DNA of 64,000 bases, taken from assembly GCA_010909165.1 (NCBI GenBank), contig VJWM01000103.1:1017407-1081406 (forward strand). The letters run 5' to 3'. A model generated the notes under the pieces. The model saw only the letters and a list, made by a program, of their open reading frames with translations. It did not search any database and was not told the DNA's origin. The position numbers were made by a program, and so were the translations under genes. Below are positions 26,086 to 40,296 of this stretch, one piece after another. Origin of the DNA: Anthoceros angustus (lineage: Eukaryota; Plantae; Anthocerotophyta). The first letter of the stretch is position 1. The number at the start of each line of letters is the position of its first letter.

Positions 26086-27230
26086 CTCCAGTGAGTGAAG
26101 GAGTTGGAGGAGGCACGAGTCCCTCAGAACACCTGGGGTCTCCAGTAGCGAGGCTCGCACCTCCCATTGAGTGAAGGAGTTTAAGGAGCCACGAGTCCCT
26201 TAGAACACCCAGCTGCTGGGGTCTCCAGTAGCGAAGCTCACCCCTCCCTGCATTGAGTAAGGGAGTTGGAGGAGGCACGACTGCCTTTGAACACCTGGGG
26301 ACTCCAGTGGCGAAGCTCGCACCTCCCATTGGGTGACAGAGTTGGAGGAGGCACGAGTCCCTTAGAACACCCAGCTGGGGTCTCCAATAGCGAAGCTCGC
26401 CCCTCCCTGCATTGAGTGAGGGAGTTGGAGGAGGCACGAGTCCCTTGGAACACCTGGGGTCCATTGGGTGAGGGAGTTGGAGGGGGCACGAGTCCCTTAG
26501 AACACCTGGGGTCTCCAGTAGCGATGCTCGCCCCTCCCATTGAGTGAGGGAGTTGGAGGGGGCACGAGACCCTTAGAATACCCGGGGTCTCCAGTAGCGA
26601 TGCTCACCCCTCCCATTGAGTGAAGGAGTTGGAGGAGGCACGAGTCCCTTAGAACAGCTGGGGTCTCCAGTAGCGAAGCTCGCCCCTCCCTGCATTGAGT
26701 GAGGGAGGAGGCACGAGTGCCTTGGAACACCTGGGGGGTCCAGTAGCGAAGCTCGCCCCTCCCATTGGGTGAGAGAGTTGGAGGAGGCACGAGTCCCTTA
26801 GAACACCTGGGGTCTCCAGTACTGGAGCTCGCCCCTCCCTGCATTGAGTGAGGGAGTTGGAGAAGGCACGCGTCCCTTAGAACACCTGGAGTCTCCAGTA
26901 GCGAAGCTCGCCCCTCCCATTGGGTGAGGGAGTTGGAGGGGGCACGAGACCCTTAGAATACCTGGGGTCTCCAGTAGCGATGCTCACCCCTCCCATTGAG
27001 TGAGGGAGTTGGAGGAGGCACGAGTCCCTTAGAACCCTTGGGGTCTCTAGTAGTGAAAGCTCGCCCCTCCCATTGAGTGAGGAAGTTGGAGGAGGCACGA
27101 GTCCCTTCGAAGACTCGGGGTCTCCAGTAGTGAAGCTCTCCCTTCCCATTGGGTGAGGGAGTTGGAGGAAGCACGAGTCCTTCGGAAGACTTGGAAACTC
27201 CAGTAGGGAAGCTGTCCCTTCCCTCTACTT
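26086..27230. repeat. Minisatellite, ~14-15 copies of a ~77-83-nt unit
   Basis: Unit ...cattgagtgagggagttggaggaggcacgagtcccttagaacacctggggtctccagtagcgaagctcgcccctccc... repeated in tandem. Confidence 0.95.
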
Positions 27231-27445
27231 GGCCTGCCATGCTGCAAATCCGAGCGTAACCTTAGCTCTCCCCTTCCCGCTCATTGTACTGCCATGATGC
27301 AAATCGGTGCGTCACAATCATCTTAGCTCTCCCTTTCCTGCAACTTGAGCTGCCATGCTGCTAATCCGTGCATCACAATCTTCTTAGCTCTCCCCTACCC
27401 GCAACTTTGGCTGCCATGCAGCAAATCCGTGCGTTACAATCTCCT
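27205..27445 (-). repeat. Four ~60-nt tandem copies of the GRAS gene's terminal codons
   Basis: cttagctctccc...ctgccatg..gcaaatccgtgcgt.acaatc is repeated; the rightmost copy encodes EIVTHGFAAWQPKLRVGES*. Confidence 0.8.
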
Positions 27446-29339
27446 TCCAGGCAAGAAGCAGCCAACCCTGGTCCCTTCGAAGGTTCCAACCCTCGTGATA
27501 GTCGTGCATTATGTCCAAGCTGCGTTCAAAGAGGGTTTCATTCAAGGGAAGGAGGTCGAAGCCAGTATTGGCAATAATGCGGTGCCACTGGGTGTACAGC
27601 TCAGATCGCTCTCTTCTCTCCGCTCCTTCACAAGCAATGACATTCATGATGTCACGTCCCAAGAACGACTCCTCCACAACCTGTCTGTTGTAGTCGTCCC
27701 GAGGAGCTGCAGAGTCCAAGAAGTCAAAAAAACAGTGGGTATGCTGGAACACAGGGGGAAGCCGGGACATGAGGAATGGCGCGTTGCCCGCACGGCTAAG
27801 CACGCCGGTCACAAAAACTTTGGGCTTCATCTTCCGGATCCTCTCCAAAATTAGCTTCCTAGGGTTGGACGGCAGCACGAGCTCGTCCAGCACATGACGC
27901 AGCCGAAACATGCAGTTGACAGCCAGAACCTCGTTGTCTCGAAGAGGCACGTCGGTGATCTGCACTTCCTCCCACTTCCCTGCAATGGGGTGAAACTTGA
28001 ACGGAATCCCCCATTTCTCGGCGATGCCTCTCAACCTAGTCCCAGTTTCCCGCAGTTGGGAATCTGGATGTTTCCCGGGCTGCGGAAACTCGATGCCGGT
28101 GATGCGCAGCTCCGGAGGGCCTCCGGGCTGGTAAGCCATCGCCTGCATCAGATTAGGCCACTGGTATCCGTTCAGAATGCCGTAATCGACTATGTGCACC
28201 CTCTCCGCTCCTTGAAACGCCTGCAGCAAAACCCCGTTGGCAAACGTGTTCTCCAGCCCTGCCCTAGGATCCTTGGCCAGGTGCGATCGGTAGCCTTTCT
28301 CGCCACGGAATGAGGATGACCGGTCCTCTCTGACGACGGCAGTGTAAAGCTCCGCGCCTGTGCCGTTCAGCTTGGCCACCAACGCCTCCAGGAAGTAGTG
28401 ACAGGTGCGTTGGAGGCCGGAGCCACGAGGAGTGGAGAACTCCTGAATCTTGCTCACCAGGCGGAGAGCATCATCCACATCGTTCGCAACCACTGCCTTG
28501 GCGCATTCCTGCAGCATGCCCATCATCTCTTCCACAGACTTCTCGTCTACCGCCGGGCTCGCGGCTTCCAAACCCTCGTCCTGATCAGGGGGCCCCGCTG
28601 CTTGGAGCACATCCGAACTCTGAGGAGTGGAAACGTTCAGCAGTAATGAAGACACCCACTCCTCATCTACATCGTGGCCCTGACGCCGAGGCTCCGGAGC
28701 AGGAGGAGCAGGAGGAGGAGGAGAAGGAGGAGGAGAAGGAGGAGAAGGAGGAGAAGGAGGAGAAGGAGAAGGAGAAGGAGAAGGAGGAGGAGAAGCAGGA
28801 GAAGGAGTCCAAGCACTGAACAAATCTAAACGCGAAGCCACATCTCCGATGATGTCAGCAAACTCGTTGTGCACAACCTGGTAAGCGAGCACATTCCGAA
28901 GGATGTCTTCCTTCCCGATCCCCTGGTCCCACAGCGCTGTGACCACACTGCTTAGTTGCAAGCAGGAGGGAGCGACTACACTCCGAGCTGCAGCATCCAC
29001 ATGCCCGTTCCCAGATGCAGCATCCACATGCCCGTTCCCGGCTGCAGCGTGCAAATGCCAGTTTCCAACTGCAGCATGCACATGCCCGTCCCCGGCTGCA
29101 GCATCCACATGCCCGTCCCCAGCTGCAGCTGCAGCATCCGCATGCCAGACCCCCTCGGCAGCAGAACCACTAGGACTGGAAATCGGCAAACCCGGGGAAA
29201 TCGTGAGACCAGGTTCGTGCTCTCGACCACCCGCCTGTCTTGCCTGCGCCGGAGATGCAGCGGTTGCGGATCGTGGCACCTTGCTGATCTGCAACAACGC
29301 CTCTCGAAGGCGGCGAGACAGCGGAGACTCATCTGCCAT
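27384..29339 (-). CDS. GRAS transcription regulator, LISCL/SCL14-like, intronless
   Basis: LQECAKAV, GLQRTCHYFLEAL, VHIVDYGI..GYQWP, PELRITGI, ETG.RL, LAVNCMFRL, IMNVIACEGAERRERSE and WLLLAWK...AAW. Confidence 0.95.
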   Translation of the reverse strand: MADESPLSRRLREALLQISKVPRSATAASPAQARQAGGREHEPGLTISPGLPISSPSGSAAEGVWHADAAAAAGDGHVDAAAGDGHVHAAVGNWHLHAAAGNGHVDAASGNGHVDAAARSVVAPSCLQLSSVVTALWDQGIGKEDILRNVLAYQVVHNEFADIIGDVASRLDLFSAWTPSPASPPPSPSPSPSPPSPPSPPSPPPSPPPPAPPAPEPRRQGHDVDEEWVSSLLLNVSTPQSSDVLQAAGPPDQDEGLEAASPAVDEKSVEEMMGMLQECAKAVVANDVDDALRLVSKIQEFSTPRGSGLQRTCHYFLEALVAKLNGTGAELYTAVVREDRSSSFRGEKGYRSHLAKDPRAGLENTFANGVLLQAFQGAERVHIVDYGILNGYQWPNLMQAMAYQPGGPPELRITGIEFPQPGKHPDSQLRETGTRLRGIAEKWGIPFKFHPIAGKWEEVQITDVPLRDNEVLAVNCMFRLRHVLDELVLPSNPRKLILERIRKMKPKVFVTGVLSRAGNAPFLMSRLPPVFQHTHCFFDFLDSAAPRDDYNRQVVEESFLGRDIMNVIACEGAERRERSELYTQWHRIIANTGFDLLPLNETLFERSLDIMHDYHEGWNLRRDQGWLLLAWKEIVTHGFAAWQPKLRVGES

Positions 29340-30195
29340 GCCGTCTTTCTGTTGTCGGCTTAGCTTGGGAGGCTGGGTACCGACTTTCCCTGTCTGCTCC
29401 CGTCTTGATCTGACAATTTTGCAACAGAGTCGCGGCTAAAGCCGCAGACTGCTGGACGCATGGCGACGACATCGCAATTGCACCGTCATCGTGCAATCGC
29501 GGTGTTGTCAGAGGCTCAAGGTCCACAGTTGCCGTAGCCAAGGCTGATAGGGCAACAGGGGCGTTGGTGCCCTGCTTGCAAGTGGGAGTGATCCCGACTC
29601 CACCACCATGGACGAAAGTTGAGCGACGCGTATTGGGTTTTTCATACTCGCACGGGACGGCAGTGCAACTGGGAGCTCGATTCCCAAAGGAGAAAAGAGC
29701 CTGACCTGCTGCTGTCTAGACATGATCTGTGGACACCCACCATGGGGTGCGAATTCCGCTGGTGAGGGCAGTGGTGCCCACCACCCAGACGACCGACATT
29801 ACGGACTGGTACTCCGAATCTAGGCTGCTGCCGCCACAAGTGGCTGTGGACACCTCACTTGAGTCAGATGATTTTTGATCTTCAAGAGCTTTAGTGACGT
29901 GAGACGAATCACCTGTGGCTCCCACGATCTCCTCGGGGGAGAGGAAGGGGTAAGGTCGCTCGCTTTCTTGCGAGCGCGAGAACGCTTTTAGGGGTGCAGA
30001 GTGCAGACCTTTTTCCCCCGATGCTTAACCAATGTGAAGACATTGAAGCAAGTTTGGGGCCTGAATGTGACTCCTGTCACCAGCTGGCTCTAGAGCAGGA
30101 AACTGATACTGCCAGTCTGCACTGAAGGACATGTGCCACTCCCTTCTTGCTTGCGCCTGTCCTTGAATTATCACCAGGGACGTAGAGCTTGTATA

Positions 30196-30340
30196 CCACG
30201 CTGGTTAGCATAATTGTGGGAGCAGTCTCTTTGAACAAACGTCGCCACGCTGGTCATCGTATTTGTGAGAGCAGTCTCCTCGAACAAACTTCGGCACGCT
30301 GGTCAGCATAATTGTGAGAACAGTCTATTTGAACAAACTT
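30196..30340. repeat. Three tandem ~49-nt copies
   Basis: cacgctggt.agcataattgtg.gagcagtct.tttgaacaaac occurs three times. Confidence 0.75.
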
Positions 30341-31102
30341 CTTACAATCTGCTTACCATGGCAACAGCAATGGCAGCTTGCAAGCATTCTGGTGTGCCCA
30401 GTGCTTTCTCTCGCATCAAGGTTCACAGTAGTGCTAGCCCCACAGCATGTCCACAGGACTCAAAGTACATTTTCGATGATGAATTTGGGTAGGGAGCTAG
30501 CCATATCCCGCCATTCCGTGACCCCTTAGCTTTTTCATATATTTTCGTCCTACAGCTGTCAAGGTCAAGGGTCCCAAACCCACTTACTTGCCTACGGACT
30601 TCACATTCGAGGCTAAAGATCGCCACGCATTTACACCGGTATATACTTGACGATCCTCAGGCTCGGTTGCCGTCCTGCACAAGCCTTCACAGCCAGATTG
30701 GCACTGTGTCGTTCACCTCCTTCTGCTGGCTGTGCTGTTTGAATTAAGGTTTCCATCGTGCATTCAACTGCAACCCTGCCGTAACAGAATCTCTTCCCAG
30801 GTGGAAAACGAAGGCCTGTACGCCAGTGCAGGGATTCAGTTGTTGCTGCGAGGGGAGAGGCAACAAGATGAGGTGATACGGACGCAGCATGTTGTTGGGG
30901 CACTGTAAGCACAGAACTCCTTTGGGGCTCTTAGGGCTGCAAGCTTGGAGTTCTGGTTTTAGAAAAGTCAGTTCCGAAAGCTGTGGCACTGCTGAGCACT
31001 CGAACTTACAACAGCTGGGTGCTGGTTCCAAGTTCGAGCGCCCTGGAGAAGTTACTGTCGGCCTGTTGGACGGGCGCCTCGGATTCAGGGGAGCTCTTCG
31101 GG

Positions 31103-33489
31103 ATGGAGGCTCTGAAAGCTGCAGGCAATGATGCGGTGCGGCAAGGGAATTATCGATCTGCACTGGATTTGTACAGCCAAGCCATAGCAGCTATCGATCC
31201 GAGTCAAACTGAGGAGCTTTCCATCTTGCACAGCAATCTATCCTTCGCAAACCTCAAGTTGGGCCAATACGAGGAAGTATGCTGCCAGCTCTAATGTTAC
31301 TTCTAGAAACGTGCGGGCTGCAGCAAAAAGTGCCACCTTGTGTGCAGCGGATGTCGTTGCTCTGAGGTAGTATGCAATTGTTTTGTCACCCAGGCACTCA
31401 ATCAAGCCAACAAAGCTGTGGCTGGAAGGAGTAACTGGAGCAAGGTGTGCTTCAGCCTTGCCCCTTAAAAAGAACGTGAAGTAGGGTTGAGAGGAACGTA
31501 TCTTGCCTCACGACCAGATGGCTGTTGTGTGTAGGGCTACTTTCGACAGGGAGAGGCTCAGTTCGCTCTCAAAGATTATGCTGCTGCTGAACATTCTTTC
31601 ATGAAAGCTTCTGAACTGGTGCGAGATTTTGACTGCGGCTGCTTCTACGCTGTGACTTCTTTCTCTCCACAGTTTCTGTTTGAATACACTTCTTTGCTTG
31701 TGGCCAGTCTCCAGATGACAACGCAATCAAGCGTCGAATTACTCTGTCACGGGAAGCACAAACTGGTTTCTACTTTCGACAGGTCTGTGGTTGTCCCCAG
31801 GATGTTTATGTTGTTGGAGGTCATGTTACCTGTGATTTTGCAGCCGAGGTTACACAAACTGACAACGGCTCATTCCCTGCTCCTCTTGTTCATATTTTTC
31901 AGTTGCTGCCAGGGAGAGATTTCTGTCTCTCGCCATCTAATATCATTGAAAGGCAGGTAGGTAAGGTGGAGTTTCTTGGTTTACTGGGCAAGGGATTCTG
32001 CCTGTGCCGCCTTTCGGATCCAGACATTAATTGTTGCATTTCTTGCTTCACAGATTTTCAGCAGTGCAGAGCAGATGAAGAATTTTGTTTATCTGCTTGG
32101 AGATGCTCGGACACGGGAAGCAGTGGTGGTTGATGCTGCTTGGGATGTTAAGGTGACATACATTTGCTATGAAAGCTGTGATCCGCAATTCATGATACAG
32201 GGTAATACCTTCTGTAGCTGGCTGTAGGACTGCTTCGCTGTGCAAAAAGTCCCCAAAGTGAAGAGTTGGATGTGTCTCTCAGGGTATCCGAGCTGTTGCT
32301 TCTTCTGACAATATAAAGTTGGTAAGCCCAACTTCCAGTTTGATCTCATTGTCCTTTCATGTGAGCTCTTAAAAAGGGATGAGTGTTGACCTAGTAATTG
32401 ACATACTGTCAAAGGTTGGAGCAGTGGTGACACACTATCATTTCGACCATACTGGAGGAACACCACCACCACCGTTTGATGCCCTAGGAATCAAAGTCCC
32501 CGGCATACGAGAACTGGCAGTTGAAGATAAAATCCCTGTACGGGATTCACGTGCTCATCAGACAGTATGCATGTAGTCAGTGGTAAGAATCTTTTTTTCT
32601 GAAGTTAATGTGATTTGCCTGCAGGTGTACATCAATAAACATGATGCAAAAACAGTGATCAGCAACAATTCTGTGCCAGGCGAAATTGTGGTCGAACTTG
32701 ATGTACGTCACCCTTGTCCCTTGTCTGATGGTGGGCAGCATCACAGAGTTGATGACTAAACATTGTCTTTACTTCACTGCAATTCTAGGGGCTGGCTAAA
32801 GTTTCTGTCGGGAGTGGATGCTTGACAGTCACAACATGTGCTTTGGCTGATGTGCTGCACTTCACCCCAGTTAACTGGTGTGCATTGAAACAGGACTCAG
32901 CTACCATCGCCGTTGGCTCTGTCAAGCTTCACTTCATACACACTCCAGGTCATACACCTGGCAGTCAATGTATCCACGTTCCAAGGTTGGTGGTCTAAAA
33001 GTTGAGTAATATCCCTACGATCGACGTCGGATTCAACTGACTGGCACTTGGCTGCTCTTGCAGACCCTCAGATGATATTCTTCTAAGTGGCGACACATTG
33101 TTCATTTCCAGGTAATCCTTAAAGCTGCGGACTGTTAAGACTCCATCCCTTCAAGGACCGTCTAATTTGCTTTCTGCCTTTTCTGTCAGTTGTGGGCGAT
33201 TGGACTTGCCAGATTGCAATCCGAGAGCTATGTATACAAGCTTGCAGAAGAAGCTAGCCAGCTTACCTGACTCTACGAGGTAAGAACGCAAAGTGACCTT
33301 GTTTATTCATGAAAACTGAAGTTAGACTTGAGGAAACGAGGTTAAGAGATGTTAAGGTTCGCCCGTTCTTCTTGCAGGGTTTATCCTGGTCACGACTATG
33401 GAGGTCCCTACACGACAATTGGAAACGAGAAGAGAACTGGGTTCTTGAAGCCGATGACCGAGGCCGACTGGATGGGAATGTATCATTAG
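31103..33489 (+). CDS. TPR-repeat + metallo-beta-lactamase-fold (glyoxalase II/HAGH-like) hydrolase, ~13 exons
   Basis: Exons 1-4 give three TPRs (EALKAAGNDAVRQGNYRSALDLYSQAI; LHSNLSFANLKLGQYEEAL; KGYFRQGEAQFALKDY). Later exons give MKNFVYLLGD, THYHFDH, HTPGHTPGSQC, SGDTLF, CGRLDLPD and VYPGHDY. Confidence 0.88.
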
Positions 33490-34486
33490 TTGAGCAATTG
33501 AAGTTGAAAATGATGGGAATGGAGATTATGGAGCTAAATTCCCTCTACTGTAAAAAGTGATGACAACTATTGTCTCGACACTACGTATTTCATAGATATT
33601 ATTTTCGGTGGAAGGCCAAATCACACAGCAACTGGACATAGTTCCCTCTCGATAACATTTTGATGACAAGTGTTTCGCTTGCCACGGTATGCGCTGGGGA
33701 TGATGAGATCTTGGCAACTCTCAATATCCCACAGACTGCCAACCTTTCTTTTCCAGGGCTTGTCGGAGAGCCTGCAATACCAAGTAATTAGCATACTTCA
33801 AACAAGCCCATTTCCTAGTCAGCATAGAAATCAATCATCCACCTTTATCCTCTTCCGGTTGATATCGAAGTCCACTGGTCCTATCCTCGATGCAGACCGA
33901 TACTCACACAGGGAACGTTCTCCGGGAGGAAACCAGAACTCTACATCATGTACAAGCTGCACAACAAGACCATGAATAATAAGACAACAAAACCCCACTT
34001 ATTCATCCAAGTAGCAACTTTCCTTAGCGTACTCACCCCAAGGATGGAACTTTCGTATTCGACGTAGATGTACTCATCTGTCCTTTTCACAATCCTTGGA
34101 GTGAAGTTATCAGGCTTGGCTGCTTGAATCTGTCCACATGACCATGGTATTCAACCGCACTGTTCAACTGGTGTTGCAAGCACAAACCGAGTGGACTGCT
34201 GTCCCCTGTGGAGAGGTCTTACAACTTCAACGAGTTCTTGCATGGCCTGCGCCCTCGAGACGGGCTTCTTCCTCCCACGTCCGTCTTCAGGGTTGTATGT
34301 CCTGTCACCCCTCATTTAAACGTCATCTACAAGGAACAGCACAATCCCACCTCAAACTCCACAGAACTCCGGTTTGATTAAGCCTGACGATTTTATAGTG
34401 CTCACGAAAGACACTTTAGAAAACATCAGAAAAGCTTCAAGCCAGCAAACGAAGCTTGACCCAATCGCAAGCAACGCTCCATTCCG

Positions 34487-34628
34487 AAATGTGTGTTCAC
34501 TTACCAGGGAGGCACATAATGGCTGGGATCGTTGAACTCCTCTGACGTGGAGATGCATGTTGGCGTCGGAGGACAGAGAGCTAGAGCAGGAGGATTTTTC
34601 TGCACACCCAGGTAACTGGGCCTCTCAC
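34487..34628 (-). ncRNA. Candidate structured ncRNA (H/ACA-like hairpin ending ACA+3 nt)
   Basis: Minus strand: gttacctggg pairs with ccctggtaag and the element ends cacACAttt. The duplicate at 38011-38150 keeps the pairing through G-U changes. Confidence 0.35.
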
Positions 34629-34908
34629 CACTAACGACAGAAAAAATGGACAAAATAAGTTAGGCAAGAGACTAGCACAGATAAATGAGGAAAGTGCGAC
34701 ATGCAATTGTATTTCTCGAGCTTCTACCAGAGCCAAGAATCTGGCAGCGTCCAAGGAGATCGCAAAACCCTAAACGCCGGCTGAACTAAACAACCCAAAA
34801 CATATGTACTGGTGTACCGAATCATCCCAAGCCCCAAGCTACGGATCGAGGAACCGCAGACACATCCAACGTCAATATCCACTCAAACTGCTTGCCCTAA
34901 GAGTCGAC

Positions 34909-34992
34909 ACCGCTCAGTACTTCTTAGAGGTTAAACCCACACGTGGCTGACGCCTTTCGGAGGATTGACAGATAGTTGCTCATCCTCGCGGT
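34909..34992 (-). ncRNA. Box C/D snoRNA with two 18S rRNA guides (U61/SNORD61-type and snoR14-type), copy 1
   Basis: Minus strand: accgc-g-AGGATGA-gcaact-ATCTGTCAATCCT-CCGA...CCTCTAAGAAGT-a-CTGA-gcggt. The guides are antisense to 18S AGGAUUGACAGAU and ACUUCUUAGAGG, and a terminal stem is present. Confidence 0.88.
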
Positions 34993-35647
34993 TCTCGAGC
35001 TCTCAACCTTGGCCGGGAAATCACACCGACACCAGACAAGACAAAATCTTAAGCATCCAACCTGAAGCTGAATATGGCCGCCAGCATTGCGGCACCACTT
35101 GACTGAAGACATAACTCCCTGCAACCCACCTCACACGCTTTAGCCCGACCACACTCAGAACGCACAATACTGGCCTCCACCGCCAACCTGACTGACCTCC
35201 TGCCCCTAGTAACCACAGCCGAGTCATCCACCTCACGAGCTGCGTCCTGCTCACGGCGCTCGCACACGATAGACCGGTGCTCAAAGCCGCCGCCGCCGTA
35301 CCAGCCGCACAGCTTAGCTCGAGGGATCTGTAAGAGGGCTGACCTGCAGCGACACGCAGGCCGAAATCGTCACCAAAGAGAACCAAAGCTTCGGACACCA
35401 TGAGGCTGCAAAAATCCGAAGACTCATGCCACAACCAGGCGTGCGATCACCTAGGCAGCAGAAACGAGCTTGAAGCTAAGGCAGCCATAGCGTCCGACTG
35501 CACTTCACCCAGAGGGCGTCAGGTCATCCTGAATGGAAGAGCCAAAACTGAAGCGATTTCTTTCCTGTTTCATACAGTAGTTACATATATGTCTAGGTAC
35601 CTGGACAGCGAATCACCGCTCTGGAAGGTTCGAGAACAGAGCCACAA

Positions 35648-37200
<1,553 letters not shown>

Positions 37201-38572
37201 TTAAGGTGTCCCAAGGGCAAGGGCAGGGGGAATGCATATGGCGGGCCGCAACGCAGCATCGCGAAGGCGCACACGAACCTCACCGACCAGCGAAGCTGTC
37301 TCGGGAGCAGTTACGTACCTACTCCGATGCTCGACGAATGCTCGCGTCTCCCTGCGTTTCAGTGCGCGGGGCCCGCAGCAGACGCCCGTACTATCAGCCG
37401 GCGCCAGCCCCACATAGCACGCCTAACTGCAGCGAGAGGCTGCTGGTCGATGTCTTGCTTCTGAAGAGTCCACCAAGACAACCGCGTCACAATCTGCAAA
37501 CCATCGAATTCTGAACCAATCAATATAAAAAGATTTAATGTTCGTTCTTATTTATATAGTACAAATTATAGCCAGTAGAAAAAACCCAGTGATGTTTCAA
37601 GACCGAATGTCATTATGGTAGGAACGATCCCAGGGTTTCCCTGAGAATTGATCCTGCGAGTTTTTGTCAAGAACCCTTCACCACGAGACCATAAATAATG
37701 CTATTGTATTCCAGACCCCCTCGAAATGAAATCTAAAATGCAAAAAATAATACGAGTTCTTACGACTTCCACGAGTTTTTGCATGACCTGCTCCCTCCGG
37801 ACGGGCTTTTCCTCCCATACCTGTCTTCAGGATTATATGTCCTGTCACCCCTCATTCAAGCAACAGCGCTGTCAGTAACACCTCAAACCCGAGAACTCCC
37901 GTTTGATAAAGCAAGACGAGTTTGAAGTGTTCACGAAAGGCACTTTCAAAAATATCAGAGGACTCTTCAGGCTAGCAAGCTGGGCTCGACCCGAAATTCT
38001 TTCTTCTGGGATGTGTGTGATCACTCACCAGGGAGGGACATAATGGCTGGGATCGTTGAGCTCCTCTGAGGTAGAGATGCACGTTGGCATTGGAGGACAG
38101 AGCTAAAGCAGGAGGGTACGTCTGCACCCCCAGGTAACTGGACCTCTCACAGCTGAGAAGAGACAATGGACAGCAAACCTGTCTAACCAGCAGAGGTAAG
38201 TGAGGAAAATGCGACATGCCATTGTAGTTCTCGAGCTTCTACGAGAACCAAGACTTTGGAAGCGTCCCAAGAAAATGCAAACAAGATAGTAAAACCGTGA
38301 ACGCTGGCTGAACTACACACCCTAAAACACATGCACTTTTCAACCCAACCATCCCAAGCCACACATCCAGCAACCGCCAACCCATCCGACGTCAACATCC
38401 TCGCACACTGTTGCCATGAGAGTCGGCACCGCCAAACCCTGAACGCCGGCTAAACTACACAACCTAAAAAACACATGCACTAGTCTCCCCGATCATCCAA
38501 GGCTCCAGATCGAGCAACCGCAGACACATCCCACATCAATGTCCACGCAAACTGATTGCCGTAAGAGTCGAC

Positions 38573-38656
38573 ACCGCTCAGTACTTCTTAGAGGTTAAAC
38601 CCACACGTGGCTGTTGCCTTTCGGAGGATTGACAGATAGATGTTCATCCTCGCGGT
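38573..38656 (-). ncRNA. Box C/D snoRNA, dual 18S guide, copy 2
   Basis: Boxes, both guides and terminal stem are identical to copy 1; differences are confined to non-guide positions. Confidence 0.88.
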
Positions 38657-39234
38657 TCTCGAGCTCTCTGAAATCAAACCGACACCAGACAGGACAAAAG
38701 CTTAAGCATCCAACCTGAAGCTGAATATGGCCACCAGCATTACGGCACCACTTTACTGAAGGCAGATCTCCCTGCCATCCACCTCAAACGATTTAGCAAG
38801 ACCACAGTCAGAACGCACGCTACAAGCTTCCCCCGCCAACCTGACCTCCTGCACCTAGAACCCACGGCCGTCTCCTCCACCTCGCGAGCTGCATCCTTCT
38901 CACGGCATTCGCACACCATAGCCCGGTGCTCATGGCCGGCCATGGTCAAGCTCGGGTTACCTCATACTATGTCAGGTTCGCTCGGTCTCCAAGTCTGTGC
39001 CTACGGGCAGCCGCGGGCCAATAGGGCAAGAGCGGTGGCCTCCCCATCGCCACTACGGCAGAGCAGCGTGCACATGGGAGCCCCAACCGACGAACGAGCT
39101 TAGGGTTAGGTTGGCATCCAAGCTTCTAGGATTTTATTCAATTTCTCGTGGTTAGGTCTAATGCAGGAGCCGGAATTGAAGCAACCAATCACCGCTCTGG
39201 AAGGTAGAGCAGGTTCGAGAGCAGCGAGCCCCGG

Positions 39235-39783
<549 letters not shown>

Positions 39784-40296
39784 CTACCTAACCATGGGCC
39801 CATTCTACAAACGTGTGGGACCAGCATTGAACACGCTTTGAAAATCAATACGTCACACGTCCAGGCCTTCGAGGCATAAAAACTCCTTGTTCCATGGTAT
39901 TTTGAATAAAAACTTCTTGTTCCACAGTCTTTTTGATCTAGCGTTCATGGTTTTCATCTACGCATACCTTGGTCTTTGGTCTACAAGTTCCATCCACTTA
40001 ACTAGTTATATTTACTATTAATTTTTTATTATAATATATAATCATATTCTAATACTTCCTATATTTTCAAGATCTATATATGGGTTCAAAATATTATAAA
40101 ACTTTTATTCAATATTGGTAAATATATTATCAAAATCTTTGTTCACTTCTACGGGTCTATATATGTCTTTAAATTGCCAAAAATAAATAACATCTTATTA
40201 TCTTCATTTATCCAACATATCCATCCTTTAGGACCAAGGGATCAATTTCAACTAGAAAAGTTTACGAAGCTAGAGGTAACTTATGCACATAGTATA

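Noticed and set aside
26039-27247. ORFs in the minisatellite, or a CRISPR-like array
   Set aside because: Whole units repeat with no unique spacers, there are no cas genes, the context is eukaryotic and the frames shift constantly.
34764-34776. aaaccctaaac as a telomerase RNA template
   Set aside because: It is not conserved in the duplicate (aaaccctgaac, aaaccgtgaac) and no USE/TATA is seen upstream; more likely a telo-box or chance.
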